DNA of 63,980 nt, counting the filler, from Kipferlia bialata (Eukaryota): assembly GCA_003568945.1 (NCBI GenBank). It is 4 parts of 4 records of this genome, joined end to end, with 100 filler letters (N's around TTAATTAATTAA, not from the genome) between each part and the next. Parts side by side here need not be neighbours in the genome. Positions count along the whole stretch, not along the records: positions 1 to 22,595 come from BDIP01000288.1; positions 22,696 to 45,217 come from BDIP01000292.1; 2 more parts are not named here. The stretch is one strand, 5' to 3'. This document shows, piece by piece, positions 13,389 through 26,426 of the stretch. The notes under the pieces were generated by a model. It did not search any database and was not told where the DNA came from. It saw nothing but the letters and a program-made list of their open reading frames with translations. Both the position numbers and the translations under genes were made by a program. Position 1 is the stretch's first letter; every line of letters begins with the position of its first letter.

Positions 13389-13675
13389 CTCTGCTCGTGT
13401 TAGAGAGCAAGTGTCAGCGTCGCAAGGCATCAATTCAGAATTCAAAAACGAAGATCAACCCTTTTGTCACTTGATTGAGAATAGTGCTTGACAAGCTCTT
13501 GTCTACAGTAGAGTATGAGGAGTGTATGTCAGGATGTCATCAGCTGCGATGACTCTCTTCTACCATATGCACGAGTGGGTTGAGCTGGTCAAGGGTCCCT
13601 GATCGTACCATAGTGTTTACATTGTTACCTGCCTTGGTGAGAGACAGGTGTTGGGTGAGACCGTGATTGTGACAT

Positions 13676-14005
13676 ATGACTGAGGATGTCCCCCTCCCCC
13701 GCTGGGACCGAACCCCCCCGTACCCTATCCAGCCGTGCTGTGCCAGGGGGTGTCTGGACAGGGTGCCAAAGGGGCAGAGGGCGGCACTGATGCAGGTGGG
13801 TGATACATTTGGTATATAGATAGATTGAGTATAGATATATATAATACGTATAATATATATATATATATATAATACGTAATGCCCCAGAGGCAGAGTGGGA
13901 TTGACATCATTATGTATTATGTGTTGCATTGATTCAATATATGAGCTCTATAGCACCATGCTACTGTCTGTACTGCACGTCAGGCAGAAACGGCATCACA
14001 TAGTA

Positions 14006-14042
<37 letters not shown>

Positions 14043-14431
14043 ATATATATATATACCCACTTCCTTTACTCTAGGCTGCACTCCGCCTGTACTGCACGTC
14101 AGGCAGACACGGCATCACACAGATTATATATTTTACTTATATATATATATATATATATACTCCCTCTCTCTAACTCTAGGCCACCCTCCGCCTGTACTGC
14201 ACGTCAGGCAGACAGGGCATCACGGGGCATGCATCCACAGAGAGTGGCGAGTGGGTGTGTCCCTACCCACTACCCGTGTCACCTGAGAGTGTGCTGCACC
14301 CTCTCTGGAGGGACATGTGCCACACTGCAAGACATGCTGTCTTGAGGCATATCAGACAGGCGGCACAGGTGCAGCAGGACCATGAGGTATGATTCATTGT
14401 TGTACACACACACACATATATATTTTATATA

Positions 14432-14466
<35 letters not shown>

Positions 14467-14533
14467 GTATGTCAGACAGGCGGCACAGGTGCAGCAGGAC
14501 CATGAGGTACGGTACATTGTTATATATATATTT

Positions 14534-14564
<31 letters not shown>

Positions 14565-17500
14565 CAGAAGACAGGCGGCAAAGGTGCACCGAGACCATGA
14601 GGGACTAGTCATTTCTCTCTCTCTCTCTATTCAAATTTACACTTCTATCCCACCAGACAGTACTCCATTTCCCTGATATTGAACATATGTTATGTACTAT
14701 TGAGGTGTAGTATTGTTGTATCCCCTTATCCCCAGGTCCCCCCCATCCCACCCTGTGTGCAAGAGAGTGTCTCAGTGTCAGTAACAGAGAGACAAGGAAA
14801 TGACTCGATAAGGGGTGGAGGTAGAGAGAGAGAGGATCGTGTCCATTCCCCCACCCTCTCTCAGACCCTGACAAGTGTACTGTTCTATGAGAAGGACGGA
14901 GAGAGAGAGGTGGAGGAGAGTGGCATCCATGTACGGCCCCCGTCGCCACCCCTCAGGCATGCCAGTCGCCCCGCCTATCAGCCACAGATACAGGAGCAGG
15001 TACTAGTCATGCATTGGGTGTGTATATGGAAGAGTGGTGTATATTCATATTTAGTGTACACACATCCACAGATACAGGAGCAGGTATTCATTACATACAG
15101 TAGATAGTGTATATAGGGTGTAGGTAGTATTGACAGGAGTACAGATGCACTGTCACACTGACCCCCCAGGCCGTCACTACCGAACCACCCCAGCCGAGAC
15201 CTGCGTCTTCCCCTGCTGCTCCCTCTCGCCCACCTCCCCCTCCCCCTCCTCCTCGCCCTCGCCCTCTAGACGGGTCACCATCAGAACTTGATCCCCCTGC
15301 CCCTAGTACACCTGTCCCTGCCTGTGTACCTCCCCCTCTCACTAGCGATGGGTGCTGTGGCAGGGGGTGTCTCAGACAGTACATGCAGTTCCAGGCTACA
15401 TTCAACCTCACTAGACTGGACAGTGTCGGTGACCTGTCTCCAGCCCATGCCGCTACAGCATCCCTCCCCCAGTTCCGCTCATCTCTTCCATTCTTCCATG
15501 CTCTCCATGCCCTAGGGGATCTTAAGCGATGCTCCCTCCCAAATCGGCTTGCCTTTCTCCACAGGTATACATACCTCATATGTGTCATAATATTGGTATT
15601 CATTCACATGTAGTGCCATTGCCTTATATATACGATATGTATCAGACTATTCACCCCCAGGTGGCTGGGCTCGACCCCTCCCAGCATGGCTGAGTCCGTC
15701 TCTCGGTCCCACCCCCTGCGCGCCCCCTGTGATGCATGCATGGCCCATGTCATGGGGTGCTCCACCTACATAATGGGGCTGGTGAGACGCAACTTCAAGA
15801 CTATCACTGAGGGTTCCAGAGACACTGCACCCCCTCTCAGCCCAAGGGCTAAGAGAAGCAGACACCGGCTGCCTAGTGTGAGCCCGGAGTCTAGGGTCAG
15901 ACAACCCCTCCTTCCATCAGGGTCAGAGTGTGTGGATACAGGTGCTGTGTCTAGGGGGGATAGTGGTGTGGATGCAGGTGGTGTTGAGAGTGTTGGTGTG
16001 CCTATAGAGTGTGTACAGAGTGAGAGAGTGTGTGGGGATACCCCCATGGCCGATGGCAGTGAGACCCACAAGGCTGACATGGTGACTCAAGGGTCTGAGA
16101 GTGAGAGTGAGGGAGAGAGTGAGTACTCCTCAGATGCAGGGTGTGATGCATGCACACTGGGAGAGGGCGCATTTGCAGAAGCATTTCACATAGGGCCTCT
16201 CAGTGACCAGAGGTCTGACGATGATACACATATGCGTTGTGAGACCTCCCCACTCTATACCCAAGGGTACCAGTCTGATGTTACCATGGGAGAGTCGGCC
16301 GCCTCTCTAGGGGTTGAGACCCGTCACCATGAGACATGTAGGGGACAGGAGAAGGCAACTAGGAGTGACAGTGAGGCACAAGACATTCAAGAGACAGAAG
16401 CACATCTCTCTACACATGTACCAACTGTGTCTGTGGGTAGGGTGGGTGTGACACTTGGGGGTGCAGTCCCCCACATGTGCCCCCGTGACCCCTTCACCCT
16501 ACTCGATGGGTATACCCACCCAGACTACCCTACTCAGGAACATGCAAGGGATGCAGTGGTGGCGTCTCTTAGTGCGACACTTGCCAAGGCCACAGAGTAT
16601 TACAAGAAGAAGCTGATGACGCGGGGAGGTGAGCTCAAGCGTGCCTTTGTCCTTGTCTGGCTACTGGACCAAGATGGCAGGATACTCCTTCCCCAGAGCC
16701 ACGTCTGTAGACTGCTGCGGTGTACCCCTGAATCGATGTCTAAACTGTACTCGAGTACCCCTGCGGAGAGGCTAGGGAAGAGTGTCACCCGGGAGGTTGC
16801 AGCTCTAGTCTCTGCCGGTGGCATATCCTCTACTGACAGGGATGGTGTGTTGGATGGTTACACCCACCCAGACTACCCTACACAGGGAGAGGCCAGGAAG
16901 GCGGTGCTGACAGCCCTGCAAGCCACACTAGATGATGCCAGACAGTGTTTTGCACGTGGGGAGCCAAGGAGAGGTGGTGCTATGAAGCGTGCATTCATCT
17001 CCCAGTGGCTGCTAGACGCAGACGGCAGGCCTGTGTTTGCACTGGAACTCATGTCCCGTCTCCTCAGGTGCGATGTCAGGACGATTGCGAAGCTGTATTC
17101 TCCAGCTAGAGACAACGAGACCTCGGACACCACTGAGGCACCCAATGTGGATCTCAGGGTGTTTCATATGAAGTGCTGTCCTAAAGGTATGGTAGTGTAA
17201 CTAAGTACACTATATTCAACGTGTTCAAAATGTTCCATAGGTATCAATAGTGGTAGTTTATTTTCGGTGTCTGAATTAGTGAGTTCAGTATTTCACTTAA
17301 TATACATTGACTCACTGTCAGAGTGTCTCAGGAACACTTCCCACCACACCCGCCAGAAGGTGTGTGACATGGTCCGGCAGAAGAGAGAGTCTGAGGTACC
17401 CATTGGTGTACCGGAGTGCCTGCCTGTAGTGCGACTGATGAGTACTGAGTACAGCATGTGTTGCTGGAGGAGCATCATGATACTGACTGGTACCACTGGC

Positions 17501-17699
17501 CCTCAGAGTAAGAAGGTGGGGTCCAGGATTCCTACTATAAGTATCATTGTGTCATCCGTGTCGCTATGTAAAGTGCTTACTGAGCTATGTACATTTACTC
17601 ATCTCAATCCAGGCTAGAGACATTGTGATAGATGAGAGGAGACAGCATCGGAGCCAGCGGGTTGGAAAGAGACCCAGGCGCAAGGGGATGTGGACATGA
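13676..17699 (+). CDS. Hypothetical multi-exon protein with three CCxxxCL modules and a ~117 aa tandem duplicated domain
   Basis: Exons at 13676, 14180, ~14736, 15170, 15661, 17322 and 17613 splice in frame to TGA at 17697-17699. Motifs PCCARGCL, GCCGRGCL and KCCPKECL, plus two LDGYTHPDYPTQ...KRAF...WLLDxDGR...RLLRC repeats. The start may lie further upstream. Confidence 0.72.
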
Positions 17700-18089
17700 G
17701 AGTAGGTACATGGTACAAGGATGGATGTGACAAGTACATTGCTCTGAGGAATAGCTACCCGGAGTTTGTTGGCACAATTGTCTATGCGGAAGGGGACGTT
17801 GCCATGGGAAGTGAAGCTGTGTATTGTCAACTGGATAGTTATAAACTAACAGAGAGTCAATCATTGTACAATATGTCTCATGCACTATATGACAATCATA
17901 AGACTTATAGTAATCGCAATCCTTAATGTCTGTCATGTACAACAACAAGAAATTCTTTAGTATTACCCTCTATTCACGAGATCGACACCATCTATAACCC
18001 TTCGTAGTGGGATTGACCACCAGAGCAGTGAAAACCCATTCACTTCAGTGGTTTCTAAGGTACTAACATCAAACTAGTCGGGGTATACC

Positions 18090-21000
18090 CTAGTCTGCCA
18101 GATCGAACCTCATCCCCCTCCCCCTCTGTGGGATTCTGGACTGGGCCCTGTCTGCTCTCTCTCTCCCTCTCACTGTAGACTGGGCTCTGTCACCCCCTCT
18201 TCCCCCTCTCACAGTGGACTGGGCCCTACCCCGACGCACAGTAGACCCACTCCTAGGTACCCTACCCCCCCTCACCTTAGACTCTGCCCTTCTAGTCACT
18301 CCCTGTACCCTCTTACTAGCAGAATTATCATCCTTCTCGAACTTAGCCAGCAGGGCCTTGTTCTTGTCATCGAGTAGAGTGACCACACCAGCCATAAAGG
18401 TACGCAGACCCTCGCGCCGAGGATGGCCAACTACGCGACCGTACAGAGAACGGTGGTAGTCCTTCCTATCCTTGAGACAGGAGTTGAACTCTGCAAGTGG
18501 ATCTGCGTGGGGTACAGACGTGAGGCTCTCGACAACATCTACTACTGTGGCAGCCAGTGTCTGGGGGTACTGAATACAGGTCTGGGACGTACAGTGAGCG
18601 GCACGGAACAAAGCAACCGCGTAGAACTCGAAGCGAAGCCCAGGAGTCCCCTTGAGTGCAGTGGTGAGTTCAGTGATCCTCTGAGCCTGTGTCAGAGTGG
18701 AATGATGCACAATAGTGACAGAGACACTATTTACATTTAGTATTATCGTACTATAGGCTATAATTATTGTGGCACTCAACATATCCATACATATATACGT
18801 GTTTATGTGTCTATATATATCCACGAATGCATTATCTACCTTATTGTCTGGCTGCAGTGCCCTCAGGGCCATATCTAACCCAGGGGCCCGGATGGAGGTA
18901 GAGACCTAGGCGTTAAGTGTGACACATATATATGCTACACTTAGTGTAGCATCGAAGATATATTGAGTGTACACAATTATATACTGTGTTAGGTTGAGAC
19001 TGAACCTGGGACCCTATGGTACCCATTACCAGTCTGCCCAGCTCGTCTGCCCCATCCCCACCGGCCTTGATCTGGGGGTCAGTATCAGTGGTAGGATATA
19101 TGGACTGTCAGACTAACGTTGCAAGGTAACATCACAAAGAGTCTCTGTGTGTTGAGTAGATATATCATCATCATATACCTTACGAGTCAAGGTCTCTAAC
19201 AGGGTCAGAGAGAGGTCCTTGACATCAGCATTGCTCTCTACTCGGCCAAAGTCACTAGCCATGCGTCGGACTATCCTAAGGTGAGACAGGTACACACAGT
19301 AAGAGACCACATTGTCACAGGACATCACTGTTATACAAGTGCTTTTAGATATTGATTACTATATATACTGTGTACTTACCTGCTGTGTTCAAAGTCTCTC
19401 TTGAGCCCCTCACTGGCTATCAGGCTGCGTCTGACAACTGTAGACAATGCCGGGTCCTCCGTGCCACTCAACTGCTTGAGGGCAGTGCTGAAACACTCCA
19501 TGGCCTCAAACACCTAGCATTAGACATCACACATATATATCATAGTCTATGACATCTATGTCTCATAGATATAATGATACATATATAATGCCTGAAGCAC
19601 TCCATGGCCTCAAACACCTAGAGTGAGACACATTGTCACAGATATATACCAGTGAGACAACCACTCAATCCACGTTAACATGTATGTACTCCCATACCTT
19701 ATGGAAGGGCCTGACCTCCTCACCCTGACCCTCGCCATCACTGGGGGTAAGAGAGAACACAAGACTTATACTAACACACACATGGATACACATGTAGGGT
19801 GGGTCTCCAAATAGTGTATGGACACCCAGTATATACCTGTTAGCCTTAGTGGCAGCAGCGTGGTACAGCAGGTTACGCACTGCTACCACACTGGACAGAC
19901 CCTCGTTGAAGGCCTTGACATGGCCCTGGGTCTGGTGGCAGTGGTCTCTGGGGTTAGAGAATGATGGATATATATATATACATATATACACACGATACTA
20001 TACAGGGATATACATTGACATGGCCCTGGGTCTGGTGGCAGTGGTCCATAGAGTAAGAAAACTTATATACAGTGTGTAATACATAGCTGTATGTAATGAG
20101 TCATATATATGTCCTGTATATGGATAAGTGTATTGACACGGCCCTGGGTCTAGTAGCAGTGGTCTCTAAGGTAAGGGAATGATGCATACGTATGCACAGA
20201 CCTATTATGCACAGAATGTGATTATGGATGATATACGTATACATATAAGTGTGTGATGACATGGCACTGGATCTGGATACAGTGGTCCCTATTGTTGAAG
20301 TAGCACATGTACATACTTCTATAACCATACACCAGATACACAATGAAAATGTTACCTAATGTACTTCTTGATGCCGTCATTGAAGCTGTAGAGGTGCTTG
20401 ACCATGTCGAAGGAGGGATTGGACAGGACATCGCAGGGGGTCTTCAGTCCTAAGGTGAGTACATTGTGTTGTCCCAGTGTGTTGTCAGAGCACCTATTGG
20501 GGTCTCAATACCATAAATGATTATGACATCAGAATACTAACCTTCGAGGTCGTCCTTGTACTTCTTGGACGCATTGGGGTTGGGTGAGAAGACCACATCA
20601 CCAGCTGTGTAGTAGTCAGACTCGAGGAAGGCGGCCACGACGCCGGCGGCGAAACCTGAGGTTAGTGCACAGCTAGGGACACGCACACACGTATATAGAT
20701 ATATATACATTGCAACATTATATAGTACTTTACCTCCCATGACGTCGAAGAGGTTGGTCAGGAAGGCACTGTTGCTCTTGTCTAGGGGTCTGTCCAGCTG
20801 GTACTCGTCACCAGAGGCCACGTTGGAGACAACATATCTGGGGGTTAGAGTCATATTCTAAAAGAGAGGCATGACACACGGAGCGAAGACACATCTGAGT
20901 AATCCATATATAGTGCCCCGTACCCCTGGCCATACAAGGTGTCCACCTCGTGTGCCATCAGCTGACGCCCAGTGGGGTTAGGGGGTAAGGATGCAATGCC

Positions 21001-22001
21001 ACCCGCACTGTCAGTCAGGAGAGAGGCCACGCTCTCAGCAAGGTTGATCTGATAGTGAGTATTTTACAATATATTACGTGCCATAGCAGGAATCATAATA
21101 TGGTATACTGTATGTAACGTCAACAGACATACTATTTGTTACCTGGGTCTTCCCCTGCCTCTTCACCGACACGATGCGTCCACCAAGGGGCTTACCGTGT
21201 AGAATACTGACTGCCATCTTGGCAAGACTGGGGATGAGCTCATATATAGCAGTCTAATATGTGTATGTATCAAGTAAGTGAAGAGTTCATGCATGGCTTT
21301 AGCTTGTAGAGTCTACACTGGATGTAACTGCCAACCTTGATGTTGCAAACTGTACAGTGGCTGTCGTCTGTCCCGTGGACACACACTTGGAAGTGCTGGG
21401 GGTTAGAAATAGCAGACACACTTGCAGCCTGCATCACGCAATGAATAGTATTATCACAGTCCCCTCCAATACATAGCTCCAATACTAGAATCCACAACCA
21501 TGTGTGTGTATACATACTCAACCCACTTGGAAGTGCTGGTTATAGTACCCTTCGCACTAAGGAATCATACACAAAGAGATGTCAGATTGCAGGACATAGG
21601 ACCTCTCTACTGACAATGGTGTCCATAACATCTGCCGCACTATGCACTGCCACTATAACAATTAATGTACATACACTCAATGCAAAATATCCAATATGCT
21701 TCATGTATACCTATACACAATGTCTCTCCCCTCTGCCACACTTGACACAACCACATATGTACTATTATACATATATTACAATATAATCATTATACTAATG
21801 TATATATATATATATGTACCTGACAACCACGTCCCTCCCCCCTGCCACACTTGACACAACCATATGTATATGTATGTATTCATACATATACACATTCTTC
21901 TACATACACATACCTGACAACCATGTCGCTCCCCTCTGCCACACTTGACACAACCACATATGTACACATATACATACTATTGTATAATCCTTATACTGAG
22001 G

Positions 22002-22032
<31 letters not shown>

Positions 22033-22515
22033 CTTACGACAATCTCCCTCCTCTCTGCCACACTTGATATGAACTGTCTGACCATGGTCTCAGTGACATA
22101 TGTACTATAATACATATATTATAGTAACATTAGTATACTAATGTATATATATATATATATATATGTACCTAATGACAGTATCTCCCCCCTCAGCCACACT
22201 TGACACGAACTGTCTGACCATGGGCTCAGTGACACAGTCCACAAGAGGGGATATCTCTACACAGCGCTGGTCATGAGTTGGAGTTTCATCTATGAGAGAG
22301 AGAGACAACGCGTATCAATACACAGCTAAGGAGAGTAATATATAAATGTGTAGGTACTTAAGCAGGCAGTGAGTCAGTGATGTATGAATATAATGCACAG
22401 TCATTGTCATAGTATGACAATTTGTCATACCTTTGACAGTGGCTGGGTGGATGCTACCCTAGCAGTAGGAGGGGCTGGGTGTGACACCACAGTCTCTGGT
22501 ACATTGATAGGTGAC
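18090..22515 (-). CDS. RRM-domain protein with HEPN-like RNxxxH motif and RGG-rich tail (5' end lost at gap)
   Basis: Spliced RCVEISPLVDCVTEPMVRQFVSS...TATVQFATSSLAKMAVSILHGKPLGGRIVSVKR fits RRM RNP2, RNP1 and beta4. VAVRNLLYH lies at ~19860-19886, and the tail has AQSTVRGGR repeats. Confidence 0.68.
21720..22235 (-). repeat. Five serial copies of an exon 3' end and donor in one intron
   Basis: gccacacttgac/t core (plus strand) at ~21735, 21844, 21938, 22057 and the real exon at ~22194. Confidence 0.88.
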
Positions 22516-22639
22516 TGAAAGTTAGAGAGGGATAGGGGCTAGTATCAGGCAGAGCCTGTTCGCTGACTGACCCACTCTCTCAGGGAGATTGCGGCNNNNN
22601 NNNNNNNNNNNNNNNNNNNNNNNNNNNNNNNNNNNNNNN

Positions 22640-22651
22640 TTAATTAATTAA
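22640..22651. other. Artificial scaffold linker TTAATTAATTAA within N-run
   Basis: Identical 12-mer with stops in all six frames, centred in Ns. Also at 45262 and 62321. Confidence 0.95.
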
Positions 22652-22695
22652 NNNNNNNNNNNNNNNNNNNNNNNNNNNNNNNNNNNNNNNNNNNN

Positions 22696-22753
<58 letters not shown>

Positions 22754-22814
22754 CCATCCTCCCCTCTCTGTCTCTCTTTCTCTACATATATATACAGCTC
22801 CTACTCACATATAG

Positions 22815-23174
22815 GAGAAGCTGCATGACCAGGCCACCTACTTTGAGCACAGGGTGAGTGAGATGAAGAAGCGACACTCGGCAGAGGTGTCAGCATTCTC
22901 AGCAGACGCGGAGAAGGAGAGGGATAACTACCTAGGTATGGAGTTCAAATATAGTGGCGCGTCCAAGTGGCTCTTTCTGTCCCTCCTTACCCCCCCCCCC
23001 AGCCGTGTCACTGACCTGCCTATATATATGTGTGTGTGTGTGTGTGTTGTCTAGTGTTGTCTACTAGACTGTACCTTACCATATATATTCATTACCATAT
23101 ATATTTTATACATTCTTACTTCTTACCCCATGTCGTGTCGTAGACGTGTCTGATAAGTGTATATGGTATATTAA

Positions 23175-23217
<43 letters not shown>

Positions 23218-26019
23218 TTACTTACCCCATGCCGTGTCATTGACCTGTCTGCCCAGAACAGAGAGCTGAGGGCATTGTTGAGACAGGCAGTGATAGACGA
23301 GCAGGCACAGGCCGCGGCTAGAGAGGTTAGGACAATCGAATATACTGATATTTCTTTTTAGTATACTGTATATATTCACCTTCAGGCCCGTTCCCGCTCA
23401 GCCGGTAGACACGGTGGCAGTAGACCATTCACTGCACCTGACACACAGTCACCAAGGTCACCCAGGTATGAGTATATGTATTTCGCATTGTCGTATATAG
23501 CTGTTCTATATATGCTGTGTCCCTCTCTTATATCTCACCATATTGCTACTCTTGTCTTTCTCTTTTTACTTTCTAACCATTTAGGCCGCATGGTCTAGCA
23601 CAGCAGACCCCCTCCCGGGGTACTGCATCGCCTAGAGGCATGGCAAGGCCTGGTACCACAGGGGGCAGGAGGGGGATGGCATCACCCAGACAGGCAGCAG
23701 TCCTGTCGCCCAGACAGAGTCAAGGTAGTATAATATTACTAGCCTATGTTATATACATACATACATATATATATTGAGGGATGACATCACCTTGACTCTG
23801 TCTAGGAGGGGAGATGGGCGTGCTGTACATTACAATATGACTGTCTTTCTCCTGTATATCTAGATATGTGTGTATTTCTAGACTACCCGTCTTCAGTCCA
23901 TCTAGTCTCTCTCTCTCTCTCTCTCTCTACTCTCTGACATCCAGCCCCTGAGTCACCTACGTTGTCATTGGTAGAGGGAGGGAGAGAGGGAGGTGAGTAA
24001 TACCATAAGTGGCATTCTATATATATTTATATATATGTATTGTCTGACCCCCAGCCCACGTACCCAGAAGTCCAGTCCCATACTATACTTGTATATAGTA
24101 ATATATATACACATGTTTCTATATATATATTAGTTTATATATGCTGACCCCCAGCCAGCCCCCGTGCCCAGAAGTCCACCCCTAGGTCCAGTAGAGGAGT
24201 GGAGGACATGGGCAGCGCCAGAAAGACTAAGCGGGAGAAGGAGAAGGACAAGAAGAGGAAGCAGGCGCTGAAGGTATTCAATTAGTAATTAATTATTATG
24301 TATCTGTCATGGTTATCGACTCTCTTAGTATCTATATAGAGAAGGAGAAGGACAAGAAGAGGAAGCAGGCGCTGAAGGTAACAGATGCATTCCCCCCATT
24401 ATATGTATCACTGTGAATATACACTCTATGAGTATATATACACTGACCCCAGGCCAGTGTGAGTGATGCCCTAGTATATATGTATTCCCACTATATATAT
24501 TTTGTATATCTATACACTCTATTAGTATATATATATTAGTATATAAATAGTATCTTATATATGAATACTGATGATCCAGGCCAGTGTGAGTGATGCCCTC
24601 GGGTGGCCTTGTATATGTATATGTATATACATATATAAATATATATACACTCCATGAGTATGTATCTAACCCTCCAGGCCAGTGTGAGTGATGCCCTGGG
24701 TTCCCTAGTATATATGTATACACTCTATGAGTATCTATATATATACTCTCTATGAATACACACTCACCCCAGGGCAGTGTGAGTGACGCCCTCGGGTCTC
24801 TGGGTGATGCATCGAGGGGGACAGCAGCCCTCAAGGAACTCAGTACGTCATGTGTATATATGCATATATATATATATATAGTCTGCGTTCCACACATGCT
24901 ATCTCTCTCTCTCTGTGTGTGTCTCTCTCTCTCATTTTCTGCTGATTCCCACCCCAGGTGCTGTGCGTGAGGTTGACCTGTCCTGTGGCAGCTGTCACCA
25001 AGCATTCAGTGGGAAGAGGTGCGGTATATCCTCTCTCGCTCTCTCTCATGGTGGATGTCTGTCTCTGAGCCTTGCCTACTGGTTGTCTCTCACCCTAGGA
25101 TTGCCCGCACCCTGTGTCCCTGTGGCCATGTGGTGTGTGACCANNNNNNNNNNNNNNNCCCGCACCCTGTGTCCCTGTGGCCATGTGGTGTGTGACCAGT
25201 GCGCTAGGACTATACTAGGTGTGTGTCTATATATATGTATTTATACATAGTATAGTATGTATATATTAATATATATTCTATATACTGTGTACTTTGTACC
25301 CTATGTATATATAGTCATGTGTCCCTGTGTCCATGTGGTGTGTGACCAGTGCGCCAGGACAATACTAGGTATTGTATGTATATATACATATATACATGTA
25401 GTACTGAGACAATACTAGGTACATATGTATATATCCATACTGCTTAGACTATAGTATGTGTCCTGACCTGGTAAGCGACTTCCCTTACCGTCAGGTGTAG
25501 AGTCCCGTATCATATCCACCATCGGCCCCGTGGCCCACCCCTCTCACCAGCCACCCACCAACTCGGTTGCCGGTGCCGCTGTGACATGCCCTGTCTGTAT
25601 GGACCAAGTGGAGTACATAGGTACTTATACATGTATATATATATATGTATAATCATATATATGTATATATTAATGCTTACTTCAGCTGGTTGTGACGTTG
25701 TTGTGATGCTGTTGGCCAGGGGGCATGTCGAGGACAGTGTGTTCAGTACTATCAAGGGGTCACTCGAGACGGCAAAGCAGGTTCGCTTACTCATATATAT
25801 ATCACATATGGCATTACTTATTATTTGTGAGTTTCAAATATTATTTATACTGTATATAATGTATCGTATGTAGAGTCTCTCTGTCTCTCACTGCAGGGTA
25901 TGCGCTCTATGCATGGGCATTGTAGATGATATATATATAAGTATATACGTGTGTATGCTATATATATCTCTCTCTCACTGCAGGGCATGCGATCTATGCT
26001 AGAGGGTCTCGGAAAGTGA
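22815..26019 (+). CDS. Coiled-coil protein with C-terminal C3HC4-type RING finger (5' partial)
   Basis: CGSC...PCGHVVCDQC...CPVC across exons at 24959-25610. Upstream coiled-coil exons. TGA at 26017-26019. Confidence 0.75.
24440..24795 (+). repeat. Four serial copies of acceptor plus exon start
   Basis: cag|gccagtgtgagtgatgccct at ~24450, 24577 and 24675. The real exon start is cag|ggcagtgtgagtgacgccct at ~24770. Confidence 0.88.
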
Positions 26020-26426
26020 TAGGGAGAGGTGTATGTGTATGGCTGTTTGTATGTCCTCATGAGGGCCAGTGTAGCTTACGTTGTAACAATAGATAGTGTG
26101 GTGTGGTCATAAGAGAATTGAAATTCCGGGAACAAACACTCATCACACAGTGTGATTCACACTTCTCGATATTCACAGTGACATAGAATTACCAACTTGG
26201 TCAGAGGTGTACATCTTGACATAACGTCTACAGTGATACACTAGCAGTGTGGAGATACTCTATGGCAGATAGATATCTTCCATGAGGCCATCACGTATCA
26301 TTATATCTCGCATCGAACTCGACATCCTCTTTAGCAAGAACACCCTACCAAGCACCAATACACACACCACACAGTACAGCGTGTCATACAGGAGACCCAC
26401 CACACTGCACTAGTAGCTAGCCACCA

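Noticed and set aside
22595..22695. TTAATTAATTAA inside N-runs as a biological motif (also 45262, 62321)
   Set aside because: An identical six-frame-stop linker centred in gaps is an assembly artefact.
25105..25200. Duplicated RING exon segment around the short N-run as a true echo
   Set aside because: The perfect duplication flanks a small gap and is probably contig-end overlap. The copy at ~25320-25370 does look genuine.
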